From NCBI GenBank assembly GCA_003522085.1, contig DPGI01000005.1, forward strand, positions 172,868 through 236,867: a stretch of 64,000 bases of DNA, written 5' to 3'. This stretch comes from Clostridiales bacterium. Its GTDB lineage: Bacteria > Bacillota > Clostridia > Christensenellales > UBA1242. Positions 15,725 through 26,705 of this stretch are shown piece by piece. The translations under genes were made by a program, and so were the position numbers. The notes beneath the pieces were generated by a model, which worked only from the letters and a program-made list of their open reading frames with translations, ran no database searches and was not told the origin of the DNA. Within the stretch, counting starts at the first letter, position 1, and the number at the start of each line of letters is the position of its first letter.

Positions 15725-18700
15725 TAGTTCACCTCGGCTTGTTTAATAGCATCTGAAAGTTTGACAGAAACAACCTTGCTTATACCTTTTTCTTCCATTG
15801 TTACGCCAAACAACGATTCTGCATATTCCATTGTTGGCTTTTTGTGAGTTATAAGTATAAACTGAGTTGAATCAGACAACTTTTTAAGATATTTGTCAAC
15901 AATTTCAACGTTTGAGTCGTCGAGTGCGGCTTCTACTTCGTCAAACAAGCAGAATGGAAGTGGTTTAATACGCAAAATTGCGAATATGAGCGCCATTGCT
16001 GTGAGCGACTTCTCTCCACCTGAATAAAGCGACATGTTTTGAATTTTCTTTCCCGGAGGTTGAACAAAGATTTCTACCCCGCTTTCGAGTGGGTGCTCTT
16101 CGTCAACAAGTTCAAGTTTGGCATTTCCGCCGCCAAAAAGCTCTCTGAAAGTGATTTTGAAGCTTTCGCCTATTTTGTTGAGCTCGGTCAAGAACTTTTC
16201 AACCATGATTGACGAAAGATCTTTGATGATTTTTGTCAAATCTTCTTCCGCCTTTTTAAGGTCGTCAGATTGCGCTGTGAGTGTGTTGTATCTTTCTAAG
16301 AGCGCCGAGCAATCTTCAATTGCATTGACGTTGATTGGGCCAAGTGCGTTGATTGCTTTTTTGATGCGTGCAATTTCTGGCATTGCAACTTTTATGTCAA
16401 AGTCTGGACGTTTAAGGTCAAGGCAGTCATTGTATGAAAGTGAGTATTCTTCGTAAATGCGCTCTTGCATTGTTTCAATGTCGGTGTCGATTTTTGAAAG
16501 GTTCATCTCCTCTCTAAACTTTTTATCGTTTATGCGGCTGATGTCTTCCATAAGTGACGCTTTCTTTGAATCGAGAATGCGGATTTGTGCTGAAATGTCA
16601 GTTTTGTCTTCTTCCGTTTTCTTTTGTTTTTCGGTTAAAACTTTGAGTTCGGCTTTTGCTTCGCTGGCAGGTGCTGATGCTAATTTTTCTTTGATCATCG
16701 CTTCTGCGGCTGCGATAAACTTGTTGTTATCTTCGATGTGAAGAGCAATAAGACGAAGATTTTCGTTTTGTGTGCCGATTTCGTTTTCTAAGCGCAACAA
16801 CTCATTTTTAACTGAATCGATGTTGGCTTTTGCCGATGCAAGTTCAACCTTAACTGTGGTCAGATTTGCACTGAGACTGTCACGTTTTACGCGCAAAGTT
16901 TCTGACAATTTGCGGCGTTGATTCATCACTTCGTTGGCGTCTGTTTCGTTGCCTGAAAGTGCGCTTTTCATGAGCGATGATTTTTCATATTCGGCTGAAA
17001 CCAACTGCAATTTGTTTGAAACAGTTTGCTTTTCCATTTCAAGCAATTTGACATCGTCGGAAAGCGTGTTTAACGAGTCTTTTAAACTGTCAAGTTTTGT
17101 TTTTGCGGCTGAAAGTTCAAGCGAAAGTGTTGAAAGTGCTAATGAAGTTGAATCAAATTTGTCGCGTTCAAGTTTAAATTCTTCTTCCAACAAACGTTTT
17201 TGCGATTCAGCGTTTTTAAGGAATGAAGAAAGGTTTTCAACTTCTTTTTTAAGCGTTTCAATTTCGCGTTCGCGGCTCATGATGCCGACTGCTTCGCTTT
17301 TCTTGCTTCCACCTGTGATTGAACCTTGTGGATTTATTACGTCGCCTTCAAGTGAGACGATTTTGTAGGTGTAGCCAGATTTTTTTGAAATTTCGATTGC
17401 GTCAATGAGTTTTTCTACGATTATTGTTCCGCCAAGCAAGCCAGAAATTACATTGTCGATTTTGCTGTCATATTTGATAAGGTCGCTGGCAATTCCAATG
17501 TAACCTTTTGATGATGAGATTGCACGGACGTCAACGCTGCGACGCTTCATTGACGAGATTGGCAAGAAGGTTGCACGGCCAAAGTTGTTGGCTTTTAAGT
17601 AATCTACAAGTTCTTTCGCCCCTGTTTCGTCAAAAGTTACGATGTTTTGGACTGAATTGCCAAGAGCAACTTCGATTGCAGTTTCAAGATTTTCAGGAAC
17701 TTTTATAAGAGACGCTACAACGCCGACGATGTTTTTTGAAAGCGCTGAGCCTTGTGATGAGAGTTTTAAAAGTTTTTTAACCGCATAGTTGTAGCCTTCA
17801 AACTCTGCTTGCATTTCGGTGAGAAGTTTGAGTCTGTTTTCATAGACTTTAAGTTCGGTTGTTTTGTTTTGTTTGTTTGATTCAAAATCTTGAAGTTGAC
17901 GTGAAAGCGCACTCACCTTTCCGGCGCGAGTTGCACGTTCATCTTCGAGTGATTTTGCTCTGCCTTCTTTTATGCTGATTTCAGTTTCGAGAGCATTTAT
18001 AACGCGCTCTAATTCCGTCTTTTTAGCGTGCGATTCTTCTGTTTGCTTTGAGATGTTGTCAAGGTTTGTTGAAAGCAGCTCTTTTTCGGTCAAATATTTT
18101 GACATATTGCTTTTAACATCAGAAAGTGAACCAAGGGTTTGAATGAATTCTTCTTGCGATTTTCCTGCTTCAATTTCGGTTATTTCAAGCTCGTGGGCTG
18201 CAGCTGCGTAGCTTTGTGAGAGTTCGTCAAAACTTTTTTCCAAACTTGCGTATTTTTCTTGCAACTGGGCAAGTTCGGCAAGTTTTTTCTCACGCATTTG
18301 CGATGAAAGTTCAAGCATTTTATTTGCATTTGTTTCGTCAAGATTGAGACGGTCGTTTTCTTTTTGTGTCAAAATTACACGTTCACGCGCAAGACGGCTT
18401 TCACCTTCTTGTTTTTCAAGATTTACTGTAAGTTCAAGGATTTTTGCGTTGAGTTTTGACAGTTCTAAGTCAAAATTTGTAAGACGAGTCATCGCTTCGT
18501 CATAGCCGGTTGTGGCTGTTTGAAGTTCGTCATTTCGAAGCGCAAGTTCTTCGCCAATCGCATCAAGTTTTTCACGGATTTTGGCTTTGAAATCGTTTGC
18601 GTTTTCGTATTGATAAATATAGGCGTTGACTTCTAAATCTTTAAGGTCTGCCTTATAGTCAAGATATTTGCGCGCATTTTCTGCTTGGCGCTTTAATGGA

Positions 18701-19308
18701 CCCATTTGACGGTCGATTTCTTGAATGATGTCGCCCACTCTTTCAAGGTTTGTCCTTGCAGTTTCAAGTTTGCGTTCGGCATCAGTCTTTTCTTTTTTGT
18801 ATTTTGCAATTCCTGCCGCATCTTCAAACATACCACGGCGGCTTTCAGGTTTTGACTCGACAATTTCAGTGATTTTGCCTTGTCCGATAATCGAATACCC
18901 GCTTTTGCCAAGACCGCTGTTGTAAAGGACATTGTTGATGTCACGAAGCAAGCATGTGTTGTGATTTATAAGATATTCGCTTTCGCCTGAACGATAAAGT
19001 TTTCTTGTTATGATAAGTTCGTCATAATCAAAATCAAAATAGCGAGTTGAATTGTCAAAATAAAGCGATACTTCGCAATATGAAAGGCTTTTACGCTTTT
19101 CTGTTCCATTAAAAATCACGTCTTGCATGCTGTCAGCACGAAGATCTTTTACTTTTTGCTCACCTAAAACCCAACGAATGGCGTCGGCAACATTACTTTT
19201 TCCGCAGCCGTTTGGGCCTACGATTGCAGTGAAACCATCATTGAATTCAATCACTGTTTTGTCGGCGAATGATTTAAACCCCGCCATTTCAATTTTCTTT
19301 AAAATCAT
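15724..19308 (-). CDS. smc: chromosome segregation protein SMC
   Basis: 1194 aa. N-terminal Walker A GPNGCGKSN, long coiled coils, a hinge, and C-terminal LSGGEK signature. Confidence 0.97.
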   Translation of the reverse strand: MILKKIEMAGFKSFADKTVIEFNDGFTAIVGPNGCGKSNVADAIRWVLGEQKVKDLRADSMQDVIFNGTEKRKSLSYCEVSLYFDNSTRYFDFDYDELIITRKLYRSGESEYLINHNTCLLRDINNVLYNSGLGKSGYSIIGQGKITEIVESKPESRRGMFEDAAGIAKYKKEKTDAERKLETARTNLERVGDIIQEIDRQMGPLKRQAENARKYLDYKADLKDLEVNAYIYQYENANDFKAKIREKLDAIGEELALRNDELQTATTGYDEAMTRLTNFDLELSKLNAKILELTVNLEKQEGESRLARERVILTQKENDRLNLDETNANKMLELSSQMREKKLAELAQLQEKYASLEKSFDELSQSYAAAAHELEITEIEAGKSQEEFIQTLGSLSDVKSNMSKYLTEKELLSTNLDNISKQTEESHAKKTELERVINALETEISIKEGRAKSLEDERATRAGKVSALSRQLQDFESNKQNKTTELKVYENRLKLLTEMQAEFEGYNYAVKKLLKLSSQGSALSKNIVGVVASLIKVPENLETAIEVALGNSVQNIVTFDETGAKELVDYLKANNFGRATFLPISSMKRRSVDVRAISSSKGYIGIASDLIKYDSKIDNVISGLLGGTIIVEKLIDAIEISKKSGYTYKIVSLEGDVINPQGSITGGSKKSEAVGIMSREREIETLKKEVENLSSFLKNAESQKRLLEEEFKLERDKFDSTSLALSTLSLELSAAKTKLDSLKDSLNTLSDDVKLLEMEKQTVSNKLQLVSAEYEKSSLMKSALSGNETDANEVMNQRRKLSETLRVKRDSLSANLTTVKVELASAKANIDSVKNELLRLENEIGTQNENLRLIALHIEDNNKFIAAAEAMIKEKLASAPASEAKAELKVLTEKQKKTEEDKTDISAQIRILDSKKASLMEDISRINDKKFREEMNLSKIDTDIETMQERIYEEYSLSYNDCLDLKRPDFDIKVAMPEIARIKKAINALGPINVNAIEDCSALLERYNTLTAQSDDLKKAEEDLTKIIKDLSSIMVEKFLTELNKIGESFKITFRELFGGGNAKLELVDEEHPLESGVEIFVQPPGKKIQNMSLYSGGEKSLTAMALIFAILRIKPLPFCLFDEVEAALDDSNVEIVDKYLKKLSDSTQFILITHKKPTMEYAESLFGVTMEEKGISKVVSVKLSDAIKQAEVN

Positions 19309-19325
19309 GTGTGTCTTCCCTTTTG

Positions 19326-19952
19326 TTATTCCTTAAAAAGCACTTTGATTGCCTTTTGTGCGCACGCTTGTTCGGCGCTTTGTTTATCTAAGCCTTCGGC
19401 CGATGCAATCAAGTCTTCGTCCATGTAAAATGATGCCGAAAAACCGCTTTCAGTTTTTGTTGTCAAATACTTCATTGCACATTTGAAGCCTGCTTGAACA
19501 AGCTCTTGCAAACGCGATTTATAGTTTGTGTCTTGCACCGACGCATAGCCGTCAAGATGGAAATTTCTCTCGATAAAGGCCTTCGCATTTTCAAGACCGC
19601 TGTCGAGATAAATTGCCGCGATTATCGCTTCTATCATGTCTGCCTTGACCGCTTTTGGAATCGTTTTGCCCATACTTTTGCCTGTGATTGCAAACTTTTC
19701 AAGGCCAAGTGATTCAAAAACTTCGTCAAGATAGTTTTCTGAAACAAAGTGGCTGCGCAAAACTGTGAGTTGACCTTCGTTTAGCGTGGTGTTTTTAAAA
19801 AGCCAATCCCCTACTAAAAAATCCAATATGCTGTCGCCTAAATATTCAAGTCGTTCGTAATTTTCGGCAGACTTTGAAGAGTGCGTCAGGGCGCGTTTAA
19901 GCAAATTGGCATTTTTGAATTTGTGATTTAATATTTGCTCAATTTCCTGCAT
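19326..19952 (-). CDS. rnc: ribonuclease III
   Basis: ERLEYLGDSILD signature plus a dsRBD. The start is trimmed from the track start (19988) to MQEIEQ. Confidence 0.9.
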   Translation of the reverse strand: MQEIEQILNHKFKNANLLKRALTHSSKSAENYERLEYLGDSILDFLVGDWLFKNTTLNEGQLTVLRSHFVSENYLDEVFESLGLEKFAITGKSMGKTIPKAVKADMIEAIIAAIYLDSGLENAKAFIERNFHLDGYASVQDTNYKSRLQELVQAGFKCAMKYLTTKTESGFSASFYMDEDLIASAEGLDKQSAEQACAQKAIKVLFKE

Positions 19953-20961
19953 TTTCCACCCCGTTTGTTTTTGCAAGCAAAGTTTCAATTTTTTCGATCA
20001 GTTTGTTTTCATGCAACAAAATTGCTTGGTCGATTGATGATGAAATGTTTATGCGTGATGATGAACCGTGATTTTTCATAACAAGTTTTTTGCAACCCAA
20101 GAATGGAGAGCCGCCATGCTTGCCAAGAACGTCCATTCTGTTTTTGAGTTCTTTGAATGTCTTTCTCATGAAAAGTGCGCCAATTTTGCTTGAAAGATGC
20201 GATTTTATCGAGTGTTTAAGCAGTGATAAAACTGCTGCAACTGCGCCTTCTGAGCCTTTTAAAAGCACGTTGCCGGCAAAGCCTTCGGAAACCATAACAT
20301 CTACGTTGCCCGACATGTATTCACGTGCTTCGACATTGCCGATAAAATTGACTGAGCTTGCTTTTATAAGCGGAAACGCTTCTTTTGTAAGTTCGTTGCC
20401 CTTGTGGTCTTCTGTTCCATTTGAAAGAAGCCCTACTCTTGGAGCATCAACTCCGTATAAAATTGAATAATACGCACTGCCCATAAGTGCGAAATGTTGA
20501 AGATTGATTGGCTTGCAATCAACGTTTGCTCCGCAGTCTATAAGTAAAACGTCTTTGTTTGAAAGCTTTGTAGGCAGAATTGGAGCAAGTGCAGGACGGC
20601 TGATGCCTTTGATTCTTCCGATTTTCATGATTGCGCCTGTCAAAATGGCTCCTGTTGAGCCAGCAGAAACGAGGGCGATTACGTCGTCGTTTTCTTTTAA
20701 AACATCAAACGCTTTAACAAGCGAAGAGTTTGTTTTGCTGCGAATTGCAAGTGTTGGCGTGTCATCGTTTGTAATTACATCTGGGGCATGAAGGATTTGA
20801 ACTCTGCCTTCTCCTCTGCCATTTAAAAGTTTAGTGATAATTTTTTCATCACCACAAAGAATAAGTTGCAAGTCAGGGTGTTTTTCAAGGGCAAGCACTG
20901 CGCCTTCAACTATTTCTTTTGGAGCATTATCCCCACCAAAAGCATCAACTACAATTTTCAT
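19939..20961 (-). CDS. plsX: phosphate acyltransferase PlsX
   Basis: MKIVVDAFGGDNAP N-terminus. 340 aa. Confidence 0.93.
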   Translation of the reverse strand: MKIVVDAFGGDNAPKEIVEGAVLALEKHPDLQLILCGDEKIITKLLNGRGEGRVQILHAPDVITNDDTPTLAIRSKTNSSLVKAFDVLKENDDVIALVSAGSTGAILTGAIMKIGRIKGISRPALAPILPTKLSNKDVLLIDCGANVDCKPINLQHFALMGSAYYSILYGVDAPRVGLLSNGTEDHKGNELTKEAFPLIKASSVNFIGNVEAREYMSGNVDVMVSEGFAGNVLLKGSEGAVAAVLSLLKHSIKSHLSSKIGALFMRKTFKELKNRMDVLGKHGGSPFLGCKKLVMKNHGSSSRINISSSIDQAILLHENKLIEKIETLLAKTNGVENAGN

Positions 20962-21242
20962 ATTTTCTCTCCTAGATTAAGCGTTTTAGGCTTAACAAAA
21001 ACTTAGTTAAAATTTTGCTTAAAACACGATTTTAAAACCTAATTTAGTGCTTGAATTAAAGAATGATTTAATGTGCAATTTAGATAAACACAAGTGTTAT
21101 CTAATCACACGGGTAATATTAAATAATTACGACTTTTATTTTATCAAATTAAATAAAAAAAGGCAACTTAATTGCTGCCTATTTTTTAAGTATAAATTTT
21201 AGTATGTATTATGCCATACATAATACTACATATTGTGGATTT

Positions 21243-21437
21243 TTACTTTGTTTTCTTTTTATCCACTACGATTACAGTTTCGTTTTTGTATGTTCCGCAC
21301 TTCTTGCAAGCAGTGTGTGGTGCTTTAAGTTCGTGGCATTGTGGGCATTCAACTAATGTTGGAGCAGTTGCCTTAAAGTTTGCGGAATTTCTTGAGTTTC
21401 TTCTTGCTTTTGAAACTTTCCCCTTTGGAACAGCCAT
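21243..21437 (-). CDS. rpmF: 50S ribosomal protein L32
   Basis: MAVPKGKVSKARRNSR with CPQC..CKKC zinc ribbon. Confidence 0.95.
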   Translation of the reverse strand: MAVPKGKVSKARRNSRNSANFKATAPTLVECPQCHELKAPHTACKKCGTYKNETVIVVDKKKTK

Positions 21438-21522
21438 GATATCCTCCTTACGATTTTACAATTCTTTTCAATTATATTGATTTTATAGTTTGTTGTCAAG
21501 TGATTTGTTTGTTTTTATGATT

Positions 21523-22716
21523 TTATTTTGCTTGTGTAATTTCAAGCGTGTCTCTTGCGATTAAAAGTTCTTCATTTGTTGGGATGCGATAAACTTTGAT
21601 TTTTGATGTTGGAAGTGAAAGCTCTTCAACAGTTCCACGTGGAAGATGATTGTTCTTTTCGCGGTCAAATGTCACACCTGCAAATGAAAGTTGGTCAAGA
21701 ACTGCTTCGCGCAAGTCTTCTTGGTTCTCTCCTACTCCTGCCGTAAAGACGATTGCATCGGCACCGTTCATAACTGCAAGCATTGCACCTACATATTTTG
21801 ATATGCGATAGCAAACCATTTCAAGCGCGAGTTTTGCACGTTTGTTGCCGGCTTTGATTGCGTCGTTGAGTTCTCTCATATCGCTTGAAACGCCAGATAC
21901 ACCAACGATACCACTTTTCTTGTTGAGATAGTTGATTGCTTCTTTAACGCTCATGCCCTTTTTGTCGCACAGGTATTCTACAACGCTTGGGTCGATGTCG
22001 CCAGAACGTGTTCCCATCATCAAGCCTTCAAGTGGCGTGAAGCCCATTGTTGTGTCGATGCTTTTTCCGCCCGCGATTGCTGTGATTGATGAGCCGTTTC
22101 CGATGTGGCATGAAATTATTCTAAGGTCTTCCGGTTTTTTGCCCATAACGCGCGATACTTCTTGAAGTATGAATTTGTGGCTTGTGCCGTGAAAACCATA
22201 TTTTCTTATTCCATAGTCTTTATAATCTTCATATTTGATGCCATACATATATGCTTTTTCAGGCATTGTTGAATGGAATGCTGTATCAAACACTGCAACA
22301 TTTGGCACACCCGGCATACTTGCTTGGCAAGCGCGGATTCCTGAGATGTTTGCTGGCATATGAAGTGGGCCAAGTGGCTTTAATGATTCAAGTTTTTCAA
22401 GAACTTCGTCGTCTACAAGCACTGAATGTGTGTATATTTCACCGCCGTGGAGCACTCTGTGGCCTACTGCGTCGATTTCTGAAAGAGATGAGATTGCGTT
22501 TTCAAGCAACAGTTTAATTACGTTTTCCATTGCTTGCTCGTGATTGTCGAGTTTAACGTTTAACACCTTTTCTTTTCCGTTGATTTTGATTGATACAAAT
22601 GATGTTGGAAGACCAATTTTTTCGCAGTTTCCTTTTGCGATTACGCTTTCATTTGTCATGTCGAGAAGTTGATATTTAAGTGATGAACTTCCTGCGTTTA
22701 CTACTAATACTTTCAT
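21523..22716 (-). CDS. ackA: acetate kinase
   Basis: MKVLVVNAGSSSLKYQL. 397 aa. Adjacent to pta. Confidence 0.93.
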   Translation of the reverse strand: MKVLVVNAGSSSLKYQLLDMTNESVIAKGNCEKIGLPTSFVSIKINGKEKVLNVKLDNHEQAMENVIKLLLENAISSLSEIDAVGHRVLHGGEIYTHSVLVDDEVLEKLESLKPLGPLHMPANISGIRACQASMPGVPNVAVFDTAFHSTMPEKAYMYGIKYEDYKDYGIRKYGFHGTSHKFILQEVSRVMGKKPEDLRIISCHIGNGSSITAIAGGKSIDTTMGFTPLEGLMMGTRSGDIDPSVVEYLCDKKGMSVKEAINYLNKKSGIVGVSGVSSDMRELNDAIKAGNKRAKLALEMVCYRISKYVGAMLAVMNGADAIVFTAGVGENQEDLREAVLDQLSFAGVTFDREKNNHLPRGTVEELSLPTSKIKVYRIPTNEELLIARDTLEITQAK

Positions 22717-23697
22717 TTAATTCTCCTTTGCTTGAAGCGCTGTGATTGCGCTTAAAATAACTATGTCTTGCACGCTGCAACCCCTTGACAGGTCATTTAC
22801 TGGCTTTTTAAGGCCTTGAACTATTGGACCAATTGCATTCATATTCCCCAAAATTTGCATTGCTTTGTATGTGATGTTGCCGCTGGAAAGGTCTGGGAAA
22901 ATAAGAATATTTGCATTGCCTTGTATTTTTGAGTTTGGCACTTTGAGTTTGGCTACGTCGGCGCAAAGTGCGCTGTCAAGTTGAAGTTCGCCGTCGCAAA
23001 CAACTGCTGGACGCGAGAATTTGCTTGCTGCTGTCGCCATTTTTTCGGGAACTTCGCCTTTTGCGCTGCCCTTGCTTGAATATGACAAGAACGCAACATT
23101 CATTTCTTCTAAACCAATTATTTTTGCTGTGTCAATTGTTTGATTTGCGATTGTGACAAGCTCGTCCGCTGTTGGGCATACATTAAGTCCGCAATCTGCA
23201 AGCAAAAGTGTGCGATTTTTTATAACTTCGTTTTTACCAAAAATCAAAAATGAAGATGACGCGATTTGCCCTTTTTTGCCTGTTTTAATAATTTGAAGCG
23301 CTGGCTTTAAAGCGCGTGCTGTTGAGGCTTCTGCGCCTGCAACCATGCCGTCTGCTATGCCTAAATCAACCAATAGCGTTGCAAAATAATATGGATCAGT
23401 AACCAAATTTTCCGCTTCTTCCATTGTCATGCCCTTTTCTTTACGCTTTGTGTAAAGGTGTTTAACAAGTTTTGATTTTAAAGGGCAAGTTTTTGGATTC
23501 ATAATTGTGAATTTTAGCAGTGATTTGTCGCGGATTATGAAACTGCTTTCATCACCGACTAAAATCACATTACATATTTTTTTCTTGTGCAAGATTTTTA
23601 CTGCTTCGATTGTTCTGTCGCTGAATCCTGCTTCTGGAAAGATTATTGTTTTATTTTTTGCTCGTGCACGAGCAAATAATTTTTTTGTGTCGAACAT
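22717..23697 (-). CDS. pta: phosphate acetyltransferase
   Basis: 326-aa PTA_PTB-type protein. Stop codon abuts the ackA start. Confidence 0.85.
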   Translation of the reverse strand: MFDTKKLFARARAKNKTIIFPEAGFSDRTIEAVKILHKKKICNVILVGDESSFIIRDKSLLKFTIMNPKTCPLKSKLVKHLYTKRKEKGMTMEEAENLVTDPYYFATLLVDLGIADGMVAGAEASTARALKPALQIIKTGKKGQIASSSFLIFGKNEVIKNRTLLLADCGLNVCPTADELVTIANQTIDTAKIIGLEEMNVAFLSYSSKGSAKGEVPEKMATAASKFSRPAVVCDGELQLDSALCADVAKLKVPNSKIQGNANILIFPDLSSGNITYKAMQILGNMNAIGPIVQGLKKPVNDLSRGCSVQDIVILSAITALQAKEN

Positions 23698-23840
23698 GAA
23701 TATTCCCTTTTAACCTTTTAACTATTTGTGGTTTTTTATGTTTGAATTTGCTTTTAATTTAATTTTAAATTTTATTCTTTTTCTAGATTATATTTAGTAT
23801 ATATAATTATCTTTATTTCGTCAAATAATTCGAGGCTTTT

Positions 23841-24764
23841 TTGAAAAAATTTAACTTTTTTATCACTATTTTGTTGATTGTTTTGGTTGTTTTGATTGCT
23901 TTAAATAGCAAAGTCTTTATCTCTGCTGCACTAAACGGAATTTCTGCTTGGGCTTTCAACGTTTTGCCATGCATCTTTCCTTTTATGATTATAACAAAAA
24001 TCATAATATCGATGGGACAAGTTGAAAAGTTTTGCAAGCCATTTTCGCGACCTTTTTTAAAACTTTATGGGACAAGCGGCAGCAGCGCATATGTATTTTT
24101 TATGAGCATTTTGGCGGGCTATCCGGTTGGGTCGCAAATGGTTGCTTCGCTTTATGAAAGCGGAAAAATTGACAGGACTCAGGCTTACAGAATGTCGAGT
24201 TTTTGTTCAAATTCGGGGCCAATGTTTATAATTGGAACAGTGGGCTGCTTGCTGCTGAAAAACGCGGCGGCTGGCGGAATTTTGTTTGCATCGCATGTGC
24301 TTAGTGCTCTTTTAAATGGGCTTGTTTACAGAAAAATTCGGGCACGTGGAAACACGCAGAATGCAGAAGAAAATGTGCAGGTTTTGCCCGCTTCGCAATC
24401 GTTTGGCGACATGGTTGGCACGTCAGTTCAAGCGATTTTGAACGTTGGCGGAATCATTTGCTTTTTCTTTATAATAATCGAAGCACTCTCTCCTTTTTTG
24501 GGACTTTTGCCCGGCGTAGTTAGGCCGCTTGCGGAAGGACTTATTGAACTTACGCGCGGCTGCATTGACGCAAGCAGTTTGCCAACTTTTGCGGCGAGCG
24601 TGATGTGCAGTTTTATGATTGGATTTGGCGGATTTTCGACGATATTGCAATCGATGACGATGTTAAAAAAACTGAGAATGCCGGTGTGGCTGTTCTCAGT
24701 TATGAAATTTAGTCAAGGACTAATTTCGGCAGGAATTACTGCTGTTTTAATGCTTGCTATTTAG
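23841..24764 (+). CDS. nucleoside-recognition-domain membrane protein, YlbJ-like (sporulation integral membrane protein)
   Basis: TTG start after GAGG. Polytopic. Contains motif ILAGYPVGSQMVASLY. Confidence 0.5.
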   Translation: MKKFNFFITILLIVLVVLIALNSKVFISAALNGISAWAFNVLPCIFPFMIITKIIISMGQVEKFCKPFSRPFLKLYGTSGSSAYVFFMSILAGYPVGSQMVASLYESGKIDRTQAYRMSSFCSNSGPMFIIGTVGCLLLKNAAAGGILFASHVLSALLNGLVYRKIRARGNTQNAEENVQVLPASQSFGDMVGTSVQAILNVGGIICFFFIIIEALSPFLGLLPGVVRPLAEGLIELTRGCIDASSLPTFAASVMCSFMIGFGGFSTILQSMTMLKKLRMPVWLFSVMKFSQGLISAGITAVLMLAI

Positions 24765-25578
24765 TTTCGTGTTTAATTTGTGCTTGAACGATGCTTTCAA
24801 GTTCTCTCATCAAATATTTGAGTGAGCGAATGCCTTTTGTTGCATATTTAAGCCCGCAAACAAGGCCATTTACAAGGTCAAAATCTTGTTCAAGACAAGC
24901 GATAATTACGCAGTGAAGCATAAGATTTACATCGTCAGTTTGGGCTGTTTCTTTTTCTTCGCAAAGGCGCTCGATCATTTCAATCGCTGCGTCTTTTGCT
25001 GCGATAAATGTAAGGCAAGCGCCAGTTGGGTCTTTTAAATAATAAGACGATCTTTCGATTGGGAAAGGAACAATTTTTAAACGCTCTTCTGGTGGAAGGG
25101 CTTCGATTTGTTCTTCTGTCATTGGCTCGGCTTCTTCTTCAACTGTTTCTGATTCAGGCTCTTGAAGTCCAAACGCATCGATAAGCAAGTTTTTGAATGG
25201 AAGGATTACACTTTCCATAAACTTTTGAGAATCTAAACGGTTGTTTTCATCGGCGAAATATGAAGTGATAAGTTCGTCATATTTAATCTTGCCACTTCCT
25301 ATATCGGCAAGAAGGCAAAATACGAGCGCCAAAACTTTGTATTCTTCTTTTGGCATAACAAAAATTTTCTTCCCTGTTGAATCTTTTGTAAAAGCGCGGT
25401 CAAATTCTTTGGCTTTGTTGAATGAATTCATGCATTCTGAAAGAAGTTCGTATACTTCTGGACATTCGGCGATTGCTTCTAAAATTTTGTTGATTTTTTG
25501 GTCTGCAAACAACATTTTTGTTGTTGTAAGATCGTCACATAATGAAATTAAGTTTTTGATTTGATTTTCGTTTTCCAT
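24757..25578 (-). CDS. hypothetical protein
   Basis: 273 aa with AGAGGAATAG RBS. No domain recognised. Confidence 0.6.
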   Translation of the reverse strand: MENENQIKNLISLCDDLTTTKMLFADQKINKILEAIAECPEVYELLSECMNSFNKAKEFDRAFTKDSTGKKIFVMPKEEYKVLALVFCLLADIGSGKIKYDELITSYFADENNRLDSQKFMESVILPFKNLLIDAFGLQEPESETVEEEAEPMTEEQIEALPPEERLKIVPFPIERSSYYLKDPTGACLTFIAAKDAAIEMIERLCEEKETAQTDDVNLMLHCVIIACLEQDFDLVNGLVCGLKYATKGIRSLKYLMRELESIVQAQIKHETK

Positions 25579-25632
25579 TTCTATTCCTCTGCCTATATTT
25601 TAGCATATCTATTAAAAAAAACAATAAAAAAT

Positions 25633-25661
25633 TTGCAATATTACAAAAAAAATGATATTAT
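25633..25661 (+). promoter_or_regulatory. promoter placing TSS on the ATG at 25668 (leaderless)
   Basis: TTGCAA-17-TGaTATTAT, then 6 nt, then ATG. Confidence 0.55.
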
Positions 25662-25667
25662 TATGCC

Positions 25668-26228
25668 ATGGACAATATCATTTCAGACGAAATCAACAAC
25701 GAAGAAAAGGTGCGACTTAAACTTACACTGTTATTTTTCATGGAAAAAATGGAAATTCCACTCACCAAAAACTCTATTCTCGACATCTGCTCGCTTGAAA
25801 ATGATTGGATTAGTTACATAGACTGCGTCGCTATCATTTCAGAACTTTGCGACAGCGGCTTTATCTATAAAACCGAAAACGCTGAAAATGACGAACTTTA
25901 TTCTATCACCTATTCCGGTCGCGAATGTTTAGCTCAACTTTACACCCGCGTGCCATATGAACGCCGCGAAAAAATGACCGAATATGTAAAGCAAAACAAA
26001 CTTTCAGTTAAGGCATCGCAAGAATACACTTCAAACTATGTAAAAAACGACGACGGCTCTTATACTGTTACTCTCAGAATTTATGAGCCAATGATTCCAA
26101 CCCCTATGTTTGAAATAAAAATTAAAGCACCTTCAAGACAAAGCGCAATCGAGGCTGACAAAAAATGGAAGCGCAATGCTCCAAGTGTTTATGAATATGT
26201 TTATGAAAATTTGGTTAATACCGACTAA
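25668..26228 (+). CDS. DUF4364-like (PadR-like winged helix) protein
   Basis: 186 aa. The N-terminal LKLTLLFFMEKMEIPLTKNSILDI pattern resembles DUF4364. The stop codon overlaps the first 20-mer repeat. Confidence 0.5.
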   Translation: MDNIISDEINNEEKVRLKLTLLFFMEKMEIPLTKNSILDICSLENDWISYIDCVAIISELCDSGFIYKTENAENDELYSITYSGRECLAQLYTRVPYERREKMTEYVKQNKLSVKASQEYTSNYVKNDDGSYTVTLRIYEPMIPTPMFEIKIKAPSRQSAIEADKKWKRNAPSVYEYVYENLVNTD

Positions 26229-26247
26229 TCGTGGGGACAACCAAATT
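26228..26247 (+). repeat. solo copy of the 20-mer
   Basis: Exact ATCGTGGGGACAACCAAATT. Begins on the last base of the preceding stop codon. Confidence 0.95.
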
Positions 26248-26254
26248 TTTTTAT

Positions 26255-26480
26255 ATCGTGGGGACAACCAAATTTTTTTACGCGGACACACCCGCTAGGC
26301 GCGGGCAACCGCTAAAATTCGGTTTTCCACCACGGACCCCTTTCCCGCAACTTGACGCGCCCCGGGCGCTTTCGGCGTTGCATCAGGGCGCGCTAAACTG
26401 TTTTCGCCGAGCAAAGCTCTTCCCCGAAAAAGTTTAACATCGCTTATCTTTATGGATAAATAAGATAGACAAGAAGACTT
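26255..26480 (+). repeat. GC-rich modular repeat, unit B1
   Basis: 226 nt. Starts with the 20-mer. Confidence 0.95.
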
Positions 26481-26705
26481 ATCGTGGGGACAACCAAATT
26501 TTTTTACGCGGACACACCCGCTAGCCGCGGGCAACCGCTAAAATTCGGTTTTCCACCACGGGCCCCTTTCCCGCAACTTGACGCGCCCCGGGCGCTTTCG
26601 GCGTTGCATCAGGGCGCGCTAAACTGTTTTCGCCGGACAAAGCCCTTCCCCGAAAAAGTTTAACATCGCACTTCTTATTGATAAATTAGATAGACAAGAA
26701 GACTT
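26481..26705 (+). repeat. GC-rich modular repeat, unit B2 (tandem)
   Basis: 225 nt. Differs from B1 by a few substitutions in the GC-rich core and a more diverged AT-rich 3' tail. Confidence 0.95.

Noticed and set aside
15724-19308. Numerous + strand ORFs of 60-220 aa inside smc, polA, mutS, pnp, ftsK and other minus-strand genes.
   Set aside because: These are shadow ORFs antisense to well-supported long genes. They are Ser/Leu/Phe-rich translations without start signals.
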